From Candidatus Thorarchaeota archaeon (GTDB lineage Archaea > Asgardarchaeota > Thorarchaeia > Thorarchaeales > Thorarchaeaceae), in NCBI GenBank assembly GCA_020348985.1, contig CP070761.1, forward strand, positions 56,449 to 97,922: a stretch of 41,474 bases of DNA. The letters run 5' to 3'. A program made the position numbers and the translations under genes. Below, piece by piece: positions 16,843-26,321 of this stretch. Numbering within the stretch: the stretch's first letter is position 1; each line of letters starts with the position of its first letter. The notes under the pieces are model-generated. The model did not search any database. It was not told the DNA's origin and worked only from the letters and a program-made list of their open reading frames with translations.

Positions 16843-19800
16843 TCATTCCCAATCAGTAGGCAAATCGTCAAGTAACTTCTGTAGTCTTCGTCGAACAAAG
16901 ACCCCCACCAGTGCAACGAGAGCTCCACCACCAATGACAGGCGCTGAGCCAGCATCCATCAGTATCGGTTCAGTTGAGTCAGTCACTATTAGCACAAATT
17001 CGAAGGAACTCATATTGATCACCGGCAAGCCAGAAACGGTTGCAGTTAGGAGGTAGTCGCCTGATAATGGTAGAACAACAAAGAGTGTAATCTCTGAGTC
17101 GATGCCGCATTCTGAGTGAGTCTCTGTTTCGTAGCGATTGGGTCCTGAAATGACTACGCTTAGGTCTCCTGACCACTCCTGTGCAAGCCCTCCGACCTGA
17201 ACCTTGAAAGCGAGTGAACAGTTTTCTCCACGGAACGCATTTTCCACACTAGGAACAAGAACCTCAACACGTGGAGATATGGCGATTATAGAGCGAACGG
17301 AACACCGAGCGAATACGTCAGTGCCAGGAAAGGTCGCATTTAGAGCGATGTGTCCTGCAGGTAGTGAACTAAGGGAAATTATGGCTGAACCTCTCAAGTC
17401 GGTAGTAACATTCCTTCCGGCCACCACCGTCCCATTCCGCGCGAATTCCAGTTCGACGAGCGCTCCCACTATACGACTGTTGCCGCCCGAAAGTACGACT
17501 CTAATTTCGATTGAATCGCCATAGTCAGAGTAATCGTCGACCTCTAGCTCGATCAAAGATTCGAGTCTGGCAAGTATGCTCAAAACAAAGAAGCTTTGGC
17601 TTGTGTAGGCATCTCCAGGATAGCTAACTTCAAGGGAGTAAGTACCTGCTAGGGATGGAATCCATTGTATTGTTACTGTACCGTTCTCAGCAGACAAATC
17701 AACATACGGCCGAAGCGGGCTGCCCAGGATTTCTAATCCCGAGGGATTGTATAGACTAGCTGTGACAATTATGCCGAGGATCCTTTCATTCAGTGAATCA
17801 GAAATCCGTAGAGTGATTGAGTGAAGGTCGCCCACGAGACCAGAAAGAACGGTGCTACTTACGGATATCTTGCTAGATGTGGTGACATTGAATGTGAAGA
17901 ATCCCGAGCAGCCAATCCTGGAGCTTGAATTACGGACTATTGCAGTGAATACGTAGGAGCCAACCGGCAAGGCGTATAGGAGGATAGAGAGATTCGTTGA
18001 GTGCGCCATCAATCTCGACGCAAGACTCACATTTCCAAATGGCCCAATAAGACTGAGCGCCAGGTCGAGGGAAACAGGAGGAATAACGAGACTAACCTCA
18101 TCTAGTATCTCGATTGCGACTGTGGCATTCTCAGATCGTTTCCATGATAGTTGTTCGGGAAAACGGAGTTCGCTTGTTCCTAAAGCAAACAGCACAACCG
18201 CGGCTGTGGAAGAACGATAATGCGTAATCTCATCAAAGAGAAAGACCACGGTGTAGTTTCCCATTCTCGCAAAGACAATCTCCACTGTCTCGGGCAATTG
18301 TCCTGTTTGCGTGAAGCTACCAAGCTTAATCAACCCAGCAGATTCATGGTATACTTCGTATCGAATTGTGAATCCCTCGAGAGGAGTTCCAGCTGAGTCT
18401 TCAAGTAGCACCGAGAAAACGGCCTCGGTGACATTCGCAACTATTTCACCAGATTCCAGGTGTTGGGCACGAAGTACTGTCCCAAACCGTACGTCTACCG
18501 ATCTGCTCACGGTGCTGGGCAGATAAACACCCACTCCGGTGAATGTAGTCCATATTTCCCAAAGACCTTCGGTATCAATCTGAGATACCCATGTGACTAG
18601 TCCACTTGTGTTCGTGGTGAGTGCAACAGGACCTATCCGAAGTGCCCCAGGACCATCAAAGAGGAATTGAATGTCACATCCTACAAGTGGATTTCCGTAG
18701 AAGTCTCGAAGGGAGACCGTGAACTGAAGAGTGTCTCCCACAGATAATTCAGATACTAGTCCGGAGTACTCCAAGATAGAGGGCGAGTGAACGGTGTGTA
18801 GGTCCTCTGAGGTGAATGAATGAACTGTGGGTGACCCAGACGAAACCACAACAAGACGATGAAGACCTGCAGTAGTTGGCGCGAACGAGACGTTGGCTGA
18901 CCCTGCCTGAACAGTCAGCATGACTGAATCAGTCCAAATGCCTAGTCGGATAGGCACATCATATGGATCAAAGAGGGCGACATGGACATCCAGACTATCA
19001 ACGACATAACCAAGCTCATCTGTCAGAATCAAAGAAATCGTGACGGGGCCATCCAGTGAGACAGGTGTTGGACTAAGGACAGTCTGAATATTACATTCAG
19101 TCATAACAGTCATCTGACCTAGTTCATCGCCACCAACAAGGTACTGATCACCCAAAGGTGCCGCTTGAACGACCAGGAGTCCATGATGATGAACGGCCAT
19201 ATAGTTGACAGAGACATGTCCTACCCCGTCAGTCCGGGAGACCGTTGTCCAAAGTGGAACCAAGTCCGGCGCGAGAACCTCGAACAAAATGTCAACGGAA
19301 CAAACAACTCCACCTGCGATCAGTGTGTAGTTCAGTGTAACGCTCTCGAACAAATCCAAGGTCTGACTGCTCAATTGGAGAGATCCATCGACAATCTCGA
19401 GAATGGAAATGGTAGTAAGAGTTGTGTTATACAAGTAGTGAGCGTCTGATGTATGTCTAACTTGGATTGTTGCTAGGCCACGTACAGCTGGGTCCCAGTG
19501 TACCATCTGCAACCCGTTCAATGAAATGAACTGTGAAGTGAAGACAGTGATATCGTTCAATGTTATGGACACATTCACCACCCGTCCAGCAATCGCCACT
19601 CCAAGCGCATCTAACAGTCCGATATCCAACTGCACTGTATTGCCAAGAAGCGAGGTTGGCGGAGAAATCAAGACTATTCTCGGTGTAACGTAGACTCGTT
19701 GGATACGAGTAGCTTCAGCTGACGAATTGAGCGAATCCCCGGAGTAGAAAGCTCTGATGATGTAATCGTCAACTTCGTGAAAATCATGTGCCAACGCAGC

Positions 19801-22800
19801 TCGGCCATCGATCCCTGTCGTAAGGACTGCAATCAGTGCCAATGAACCATTGGATCTATCTATTGTCAAATCAATCGAAGACTCTTCAAGTGGGTTGCCT
19901 TCCCAGTCCATGAGAGTCACAATGATGCTCAGCGTTGTGCCTTGTTCTACGGGCTGTCCGTTTAGACTAAGTTGAAGTCCTGTCAGACCAAGAACATCCT
20001 CACTGGTCTCGCTCCAACAGGCCAGAAGCCATCCCTGCGAAGCCATCTCTATAGCTACAAGAACGGAACCAGGCGCGCTTAGAATTAGGTCGAAGGAGAT
20101 CCTACCGTCATCATCTGTAGTGTTCGCTGTCTCCAGCAAAACCACTGAATCAAGAGTGACAGTCGTGACTAGAGCAACCCCAGAGATCCCGTTCATGGCG
20201 ATATCATAGACAGCAGCAACGAGAGTGCAAATGCTCGGGGCTGTCGGCTGAGTGACCCATTCCATGATGATGATCGGGAGTTCATATACATCAGTGCTGG
20301 TTGAGAACGAATCAGTGTCGTACCAGCCCTGCCTAGGTGCATTCGCATCAATTATGTGTGCACCCCTTCTTGACGGAATCCAAGTTACGTTGAAGACTCC
20401 GTCAACAGTCACTCCGGTTTCGTTGAGAAGCAATTGGCCAGTTTCCAATGACAATTCAATCGACACCATCAGACCAGAAATCGAGGTTCCGCCATGATCT
20501 TGTGCCTCAACAGCCACCCATCCCAATGATGATACCTCATTCAATGAAGAAGTCAGGATTGTCAAGGTCACTGGTACCCTTGTTTCCGAAGTCGTTGTGA
20601 CAGCCGCGGCACCTCGGCTCAGTGTTCCAGCAAATATGGCCTCCAGTCTGTATGTGCCGGGGGAGGTTGCAAACCACTGATATGATACGAATCCGGTAGC
20701 GTTGGTGAGGAGGTCTTCTTCGTACACTATCAGTGAGGGTAGTAGCGTGATTCTAATAGCACTTGTAGAACCTGCTATCGGCATGCCAATCGAGTCCACA
20801 AGCTGCGCTTCAAAGCTGTAGCCGAGACCTACATTTGTATCCTGAGGAATTCCCACTGCTATCAGTTCCGAGTAGCTCCACGACACAACCAAACCCTGTG
20901 ATGATGATGGATTCAGAAGTGAGGAACCAAGAAATGAGGCAGATAGACCGTAAACTCCATTCTGTGCCAGCTGCAATGAGAAAGAAACATACCCACTCGA
21001 GTTTGTCACGAGGACGTCATCGAAGAGAACTGAAGAGGTCGGAGTTGTTATCCTGAGCGAGATTGGGAATCCTTCGAGGGCAGTTTCACTTTCGTCTACA
21101 AGCTCCACACTAATCGTATGGGTGGAATACTGATCGTGAGTGCCGGTATTGTGCCAGATGATTATGGAGTTCTCACTTATGATCAGAATCCCTGAGTGAA
21201 TGCTTGAGTCCAAAGTACCATTTCTGGCAAACTTGATAAGAAACGTGTAGTTCCCGCGGAGGCAGGGATTCCAAACAAACTGAGTAGATTGGTCTTGTGA
21301 TACTTTGCTATCAGTGAATACAGAGTGAGTTGAGTTATTCACATCAAGTGTGACTACCTGCCCCTGTAGTATGGAGTCATTGGATTGAAGATGAAGCGAC
21401 CAATCTATGAGTACATCTAATCCAACATGCCCGCTAATAGATGACTGTGCTAGAATATACGTGGGATGAGGGGCTTCTAACGTGACCTCTCTACCCAGTA
21501 TAAGGGGTCCGCACCACGTCCTAACGAGCTCAACTGTGATATTGTAGCTACCTGGGTCGAAATCAATTGTAGGAACAGACAGAGCAAATGGAGATGTTTC
21601 ATTTGGATAGAGCCATTCCTGGTACGAGATCTCATCACCCAATCTGACACGCAGATCTGTCAGACCTGCGTCTGCGCCTGTTTCAAGTGTCCAAGATACT
21701 GTCCCATTGAGTCTGTCACCTATCAATGCAGGAGGGGCAGTGAGTTCAAGCAATCCTTGTAGGCTTCCTGTGACATTGACTTGAATCCTGGAGAATGCCC
21801 TGACATCACCATAGTGTGAGGTCATGAAACTAAGGCTGCACTCACCCAGCCACTCCTTTTTGCTAGGCAATTGCAAATCAAGCGAATCTACGTTCGTAAC
21901 ATTGTCAAATCGGAACCAAGAATCAAATCCGTTTACATAGACAGTATGCAACTGGTCTGTTGATGTGTTTGCCACACTAACCGAAAGTGTCTGACCAATC
22001 TCCGCCACATCGTTGGCGTTGACGGAGAGAAGAGTTCCTTGAATCTCTCTCATCGGTATCCGGAGTCCCAAGATTGAAGCCATCTCAAGAACATCAGCTG
22101 TAAACACGGGCTGCCAGAGAGATGTTGTGTTGTACCACCCTTCTGTAAAGGAAGAACTGAGCTCTTCGAGAACACGAGTCTCATTGATTGTGCCGAGGGA
22201 GACTGAGAAGGACGAATTCAGCAGAGCAAGAGTAGCAACATCTCTGGATAACAACCAAAGATCATCGTACTGAACCCTTGAGCTAATCTGTGACTCTATC
22301 TCGGAGGCAATTGATTCGTTGATCAAATCAAGTCGAAAGGCGGCTCTAGTGCAGAGCCAGTCGATAGCTTGCTGATGTCCAGCAAATGGACGAAGCGTCC
22401 AAGAAGACATTTCCCAAGTTCCCGATGAATAGTCCACCATTACGACTGATTCTAGCTGATTCCTATAGTTAATCGTGCTGAGTTTGTCGATGATTGAGAG
22501 TGCCTCTACTGCGGCAACTGTATATTGCATGTGCTCAGTACCCATGTACTGAGTGGGTCTGTAGTGTCCTGAAGCGTGCTGAGACACTCCGATATACGAC
22601 GAGGTCTCGCTGACTCTGGCGGCTGAGAGTGTAATGCCTGACCATTTTGCAGTACTTACTGCTAAAAGTTGGGCCCAGGTACTTTGATCATAATACTGCA
22701 TCAATGAATACTCAGGGGGTATGAACGGTGTTGTGTTTGGATACTGCTCCCACCTAGAGAACGATTCGAGATATTTCTCAAGTAGACTCTTGTTTATCTC

Positions 22801-24639
22801 AGGGTGCGAGTAGGAAGCTGACTTTACTGCCCAGCTGGTCCACATGAGACTGGGCACTGGTTCCATATTCTCGAATCCCACATCCGTTTTACAGAGATCG
22901 ACAAAGGAAACCAGGCCGGCAGACACTTCAGACCCTGGGTCGATTCTTGAAAGGCACTGTGCGACCAAGGATGATTCTCTTGTCTTACCTACACCATCAT
23001 TTGCATGCAGACCAAAACCACCAGATGGCAGCTGCGCATCTGAAAGCCAAGCCAGCCCTGAAGTCTGATTCTCGGAATTGAGGGTCCCAAGGATATGCAT
23101 CGTGGATAGCGCATAGCTCGTGGAGAGGACAACTTCAGAAGATGGATATACGGAATCATAGTACGAGCCGTCAGCATTCGCCGTCTCCTCAATTATCCAC
23201 TCTGTGAGCTTGTTTGGATCATTGTGAGTTTCACCCAAGATATCAAGTGAGATAACGAATTGAGCAGCATATGTGTTCTTGGGGAAGAAGCTATAAGGAT
23301 TGACAGCAACGCCTCCCCAGTATGACGAATCGTTTGATTTTGCTCCAGTTACAACACACGAGCGTAGCCAGTTCTCTAAGTCACTTGTGTCTATGGCTCC
23401 CAATGCTGAAGCTGCGTTGAGTGCTTCAATAACAGTATAAGTCGTACTGATATCATTCGCGAACCCTCCATCGACTCCTTGCCGAGCTGCGAGATAGTTC
23501 ACTACTTTCGCCTCATCAAAAGACGAAGAGATGCCCATTGCCTCCATCAGCCATAGTCCACGAGCTGTCGCGCTAAATGTCAATGAGTAGTCTAGAGAAT
23601 TACGGAAACCAGCCTCCGTGTCGGATTCTTCATAGAGAGAAATGAGGATATCCTCAACAAGCTTCTGATTGTAGCTTGTCCATTGTGCTTTCTCAGTGTC
23701 GTTCAAGAGCGAATGGATGGAGCGAACTGAGAAATATGCTGCATCCACTGTGGGCTCGTGGACGTAAGAGAATGCACCTGAGATTGCATCAGATGGGCCT
23801 GACTGCAAGTCAGCAAGGACGGAGGATGTAGGACTCTCGCGTATGCTGGAGGCAAACCCAACTATATTTGCGACAAAATCTACCCCGCGTGTCGTCAGGA
23901 GGGAAGGATCCTCCAACCCTATCAACAGAGCATCAAGAGGCCATGAGTCAAATCGAAGTGAAGATAGTTTCTGAGGATTGGAAGATCCGGTAAGATTGAC
24001 CAATCGGGACTTGGCTGACTGAATCATGTCTACTGGCAGAGGAATTGGTGCCTCATTTGTTAGAAGAGCCCCCTCCTCTATTGAGTTTGGATAGCTGAGA
24101 AAGACTGCATCCTCATATTCTGATGATTTGATTAGCTGATTGTCAGAGAAGGCAGTCTTTGAGGGTGGACTTTGGTCCCTGAGACGATGGAGAATCCATG
24201 AAGCGCGTCCCATTAGAACCAATGGAGCGCTACTGAGAACAAGAGTGTTGATGAATGCTTCATCAACTTCAGTACCGTTGGAGGAGCCTATACTCGCGTC
24301 GAGAATCACAACAGGCACTTTCTCCAACAGATATGGATTCGCCGCAATCTCGTCGCAGTTCAACAGAGTAGCTACAATCCCCTCTTTCGTGAGTAGTTCC
24401 GTCATATCTAGTCCGTGGCCAGGAATTGAAGAACCAAGAAGCTCCACAACAACATACTTGTTCATTTCGACCTCAGTTCCTTGGATTCCTGAGATTACAA
24501 AGCTTGAATCAAGAGCATCAGGTCTCAATCCAATTAGGTGGCTTTGTGCTACCACCGTCTGCGATGAGTGGCTTGGGGGCAAAAACGCTATAACGAGTAA
24601 TAGTGCAAGCAGAGCAAACATTGGATTCCTCGAATTCAA
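16843..24639 (-). CDS. Giant membrane-anchored cell-surface protein: prenyltransferase/squalene-cyclase-like alpha/alpha repeats followed by tandem Ig-like domains
   Basis: Signal-peptide-like N-terminus. Repeats YLAARQGVDGGF, WLSDAQLPSGGFG, ANADGSY, SQHASGHY. Then many ~100-aa beta-rich units with D..G..I/L.G, T...G and G.Y...A.F.G patterns. C-terminal TM plus an RRR tail. GGGAGGG lies 6 nt before TTG. Confidence 0.85.
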   Translation of the reverse strand: MNSRNPMFALLALLLVIAFLPPSHSSQTVVAQSHLIGLRPDALDSSFVISGIQGTEVEMNKYVVVELLGSSIPGHGLDMTELLTKEGIVATLLNCDEIAANPYLLEKVPVVILDASIGSSNGTEVDEAFINTLVLSSAPLVLMGRASWILHRLRDQSPPSKTAFSDNQLIKSSEYEDAVFLSYPNSIEEGALLTNEAPIPLPVDMIQSAKSRLVNLTGSSNPQKLSSLRFDSWPLDALLIGLEDPSLLTTRGVDFVANIVGFASSIRESPTSSVLADLQSGPSDAISGAFSYVHEPTVDAAYFSVRSIHSLLNDTEKAQWTSYNQKLVEDILISLYEESDTEAGFRNSLDYSLTFSATARGLWLMEAMGISSSFDEAKVVNYLAARQGVDGGFANDISTTYTVIEALNAASALGAIDTSDLENWLRSCVVTGAKSNDSSYWGGVAVNPYSFFPKNTYAAQFVISLDILGETHNDPNKLTEWIIEETANADGSYYDSVYPSSEVVLSTSYALSTMHILGTLNSENQTSGLAWLSDAQLPSGGFGLHANDGVGKTRESSLVAQCLSRIDPGSEVSAGLVSFVDLCKTDVGFENMEPVPSLMWTSWAVKSASYSHPEINKSLLEKYLESFSRWEQYPNTTPFIPPEYSLMQYYDQSTWAQLLAVSTAKWSGITLSAARVSETSSYIGVSQHASGHYRPTQYMGTEHMQYTVAAVEALSIIDKLSTINYRNQLESVVMVDYSSGTWEMSSWTLRPFAGHQQAIDWLCTRAAFRLDLINESIASEIESQISSRVQYDDLWLLSRDVATLALLNSSFSVSLGTINETRVLEELSSSFTEGWYNTTSLWQPVFTADVLEMASILGLRIPMREIQGTLLSVNANDVAEIGQTLSVSVANTSTDQLHTVYVNGFDSWFRFDNVTNVDSLDLQLPSKKEWLGECSLSFMTSHYGDVRAFSRIQVNVTGSLQGLLELTAPPALIGDRLNGTVSWTLETGADAGLTDLRVRLGDEISYQEWLYPNETSPFALSVPTIDFDPGSYNITVELVRTWCGPLILGREVTLEAPHPTYILAQSSISGHVGLDVLIDWSLHLQSNDSILQGQVVTLDVNNSTHSVFTDSKVSQDQSTQFVWNPCLRGNYTFLIKFARNGTLDSSIHSGILIISENSIIIWHNTGTHDQYSTHTISVELVDESETALEGFPISLRITTPTSSVLFDDVLVTNSSGYVSFSLQLAQNGVYGLSASFLGSSLLNPSSSQGLVVSWSYSELIAVGIPQDTNVGLGYSFEAQLVDSIGMPIAGSTSAIRITLLPSLIVYEEDLLTNATGFVSYQWFATSPGTYRLEAIFAGTLSRGAAAVTTTSETRVPVTLTILTSSLNEVSSLGWVAVEAQDHGGTSISGLMVSIELSLETGQLLLNETGVTVDGVFNVTWIPSRRGAHIIDANAPRQGWYDTDSFSTSTDVYELPIIIMEWVTQPTAPSICTLVAAVYDIAMNGISGVALVTTVTLDSVVLLETANTTDDDGRISFDLILSAPGSVLVAIEMASQGWLLACWSETSEDVLGLTGLQLSLNGQPVEQGTTLSIIVTLMDWEGNPLEESSIDLTIDRSNGSLALIAVLTTGIDGRAALAHDFHEVDDYIIRAFYSGDSLNSSAEATRIQRVYVTPRIVLISPPTSLLGNTVQLDIGLLDALGVAIAGRVVNVSITLNDITVFTSQFISLNGLQMVHWDPAVRGLATIQVRHTSDAHYLYNTTLTTISILEIVDGSLQLSSQTLDLFESVTLNYTLIAGGVVCSVDILFEVLAPDLVPLWTTVSRTDGVGHVSVNYMAVHHHGLLVVQAAPLGDQYLVGGDELGQMTVMTECNIQTVLSPTPVSLDGPVTISLILTDELGYVVDSLDVHVALFDPYDVPIRLGIWTDSVMLTVQAGSANVSFAPTTAGLHRLVVVSSGSPTVHSFTSEDLHTVHSPSILEYSGLVSELSVGDTLQFTVSLRDFYGNPLVGCDIQFLFDGPGALRIGPVALTTNTSGLVTWVSQIDTEGLWEIWTTFTGVGVYLPSTVSRSVDVRFGTVLRAQHLESGEIVANVTEAVFSVLLEDSAGTPLEGFTIRYEVYHESAGLIKLGSFTQTGQLPETVEIVFARMGNYTVVFLFDEITHYRSSTAAVVLFALGTSELRFPEQLSWKRSENATVAIEILDEVSLVIPPVSLDLALSLIGPFGNVSLASRLMAHSTNLSILLYALPVGSYVFTAIVRNSSSRIGCSGFFTFNVTTSSKISVSSTVLSGLVGDLHSITLRISDSLNERILGIIVTASLYNPSGLEILGSPLRPYVDLSAENGTVTIQWIPSLAGTYSLEVSYPGDAYTSQSFFVLSILARLESLIELEVDDYSDYGDSIEIRVVLSGGNSRIVGALVELEFARNGTVVAGRNVTTDLRGSAIISLSSLPAGHIALNATFPGTDVFARCSVRSIIAISPRVEVLVPSVENAFRGENCSLAFKVQVGGLAQEWSGDLSVVISGPNRYETETHSECGIDSEITLFVVLPLSGDYLLTATVSGLPVINMSSFEFVLIVTDSTEPILMDAGSAPVIGGGALVALVGVFVRRRLQKLLDDLPTDWE

Positions 24640-24668
24640 GGAAAGCCCTCCCAGATTCCGGTAAAGGT

Positions 24669-24806
24669 GCCCCGAAGTCCGAACCCATCCTTACAGACAT
24701 GTAACGCGGATACCTCTGAAGTGGGCAATGTTGAACTCGCTGGTTCACAGACCAGAGGGAAGAATACAGAATTCATTTGGGTGTGGCATTGGGTTCGGAC
24801 CGGGAC
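24669..24806 (-). ncRNA. Putative structured cis-regulatory RNA leader of the giant surface protein gene (family unknown)
   Basis: A perfect 11-bp inverted repeat (24677-24687 / 24790-24800), extended by 6 more pairs past a 2-nt bulge, encloses nested hairpins (24691-24704; 24713-24718/24753-24758; 24732-24747). Confidence 0.55.
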
Positions 24807-24817
24807 TTGCTTGTTCG

Positions 24818-25456
24818 TCAAAGTGGCATCACCATGAGCTGAGTGTATAGCACAGCCAGAAGGGCCAAGCTGACGAGTAGTTCAACTGATCCACTTCTTG
24901 GTCGTCTCTTGAGAGCTGCACCAAGCAAGGATATGTCGCCGCTTCGCAGTGAGGTGTTGAACAGGACACCCAGTGCGACATACCAGCTAAGAAGGGAAGT
25001 CGGAAACTCGAGACTGATTAGACCAGGGAGAATGAGCAAGAAAAGACCCAAGTATGTTGATAATACAACTGTGATGAACATCGACAGGATTATCACGGAA
25101 ACCCTTGGAGGTTTCTCCACGTTTAGGAACAGATTCATCTCGCCATATGTGGTCGATGTCCCGACACTATCAATGTCGATGCCCAAGCTCTTGCTTACTG
25201 CATACCTTAATCCGACATAGATGATTGAGGGAATGAAGAATAGGATTGACAGGAAAGTCATTGCTGGATTTCGCGTCCAATCCTCAAACTCTCTTTTCTG
25301 ACCACTTAGAAGGATAACCCCGCGTAGAACTGTCACGGTACCAAGGACAAGCGGAGCAATCCTCGCTGAGAACAGAAGAATCGCCAGTGCAAGAGTAATC
25401 AGATTGGTGTTCATTTGCAGGTTAGCTCCGTGAGAATCGTGTAACGATTGCATCAA
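24818..25456 (-). CDS. Hypothetical integral membrane protein (possibly a degenerate M50/DUF3267-like fold)
   Basis: About 5 TM helices. The layout resembles membrane metallopeptidases, but there is no HExxH. Confidence 0.65.
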   Translation of the reverse strand: MMQSLHDSHGANLQMNTNLITLALAILLFSARIAPLVLGTVTVLRGVILLSGQKREFEDWTRNPAMTFLSILFFIPSIIYVGLRYAVSKSLGIDIDSVGTSTTYGEMNLFLNVEKPPRVSVIILSMFITVVLSTYLGLFLLILPGLISLEFPTSLLSWYVALGVLFNTSLRSGDISLLGAALKRRPRSGSVELLVSLALLAVLYTQLMVMPL

Positions 25457-25636
25457 CTCTCAATCTATTTCAGCATCGATTATGTCTCATGGAGCAAAGT
25501 CACTTGAGTTTCTTCTCCAACGTTTCAGGATTTCAGGAGATTTAATCCACTATTTTAGATTCTTAAAACCAGTCAAACGTCTATAAAAGGCGTATGAGCC
25601 TAATAAGAAGCGAAATCAGAGACTAGAGAATCTTTA

Positions 25637-26215
25637 TCACAGACGTCCTGTAATAGATTGCAGAACCTCACTAGGCAATTCATCTTCTGTGACGGTCGAT
25701 TCCAGAGTGTAAGTAGGCTGAAGAGTAGTTCCGTTCAGTTTGATACCTCGTCTTCCGCACTCATAAACAATGACCGATGTGGCGGCCCGTGACCAGTCGG
25801 TGATGTCAAGGGATCCGAGCCCTAGCAAAGGACTAACCAGACGGGCAAACGTGCAAGCTCTACGATGAGAAAGAATCCTTGCCACATGGTTCAGTACGAC
25901 CATTCTGTGTTCCAAGTCTTCGCCAATGCACAACTGAAAGAGCTTGTTTATGGCGTCATCAGTTCCGAAGAGTTGCAGTGCCTTAAGGACGACAAACCAG
26001 GCATCCCGACACCCTCCGGCAAGAAGGTTGTTGCATATGTCGAGAACACTCACATCATTCCGACGGGCCAATTCAAAGAGGGCGGGAGCTCTCAATGAAA
26101 GGTGGAGATCACGATTTGAGGCAGAATCCAAAAGCAACGAATGACAAGATGATGAAAAAGGGCGGCACTCTTCTGAGGCCTTTGCACGACGGCAATGCAG
26201 AAGGAGGCTTGTCAT
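25637..26215 (-). CDS. Hypothetical helical (HEAT-repeat-like) protein
   Basis: LRAPALFELARR..VLDICNNLL..AWFVVLKALQLFGTDDAINKLFQL pattern. Divergent from the next gene. The start is uncertain. Confidence 0.55.
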   Translation of the reverse strand: MTSLLLHCRRAKASEECRPFSSSCHSLLLDSASNRDLHLSLRAPALFELARRNDVSVLDICNNLLAGGCRDAWFVVLKALQLFGTDDAINKLFQLCIGEDLEHRMVVLNHVARILSHRRACTFARLVSPLLGLGSLDITDWSRAATSVIVYECGRRGIKLNGTTLQPTYTLESTVTEDELPSEVLQSITGRL

Positions 26216-26321
26216 GTTCCATTGTGATGGTATAGTCTATTAAGCCCATAGACTCGTGAATTGTCTTTCATCACTCGGTGACCTTTTTAGCTCTTTGAGT
26301 GACCTGACTTCTTGGAGAAGA

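Noticed and set aside
16843-24639. Alpha-2-macroglobulin/complement-like thioester protein
   Set aside because: It has an alpha/alpha barrel and Ig-like domains, but I found no GCGEQ/CxEQ thioester motif.
24640-24817. tRNA, RNase P RNA, SECIS or TPP/cobalamin riboswitch identity for the structured leader
   Set aside because: The GGTTCG lies within a long stem, not a T-loop. There is no RNase P P4 partner, and the region is too short. The TPP-like TTGAAC..CTGG..CCAG..AGGGAA is on the wrong strand and lacks CUGAGA. Read-through of the upstream TGA meets another TGA after 14 codons.
25524-25539. Short direct repeat TTTCAGGA x2 in an intergenic region
   Set aside because: Too short to distinguish from chance.
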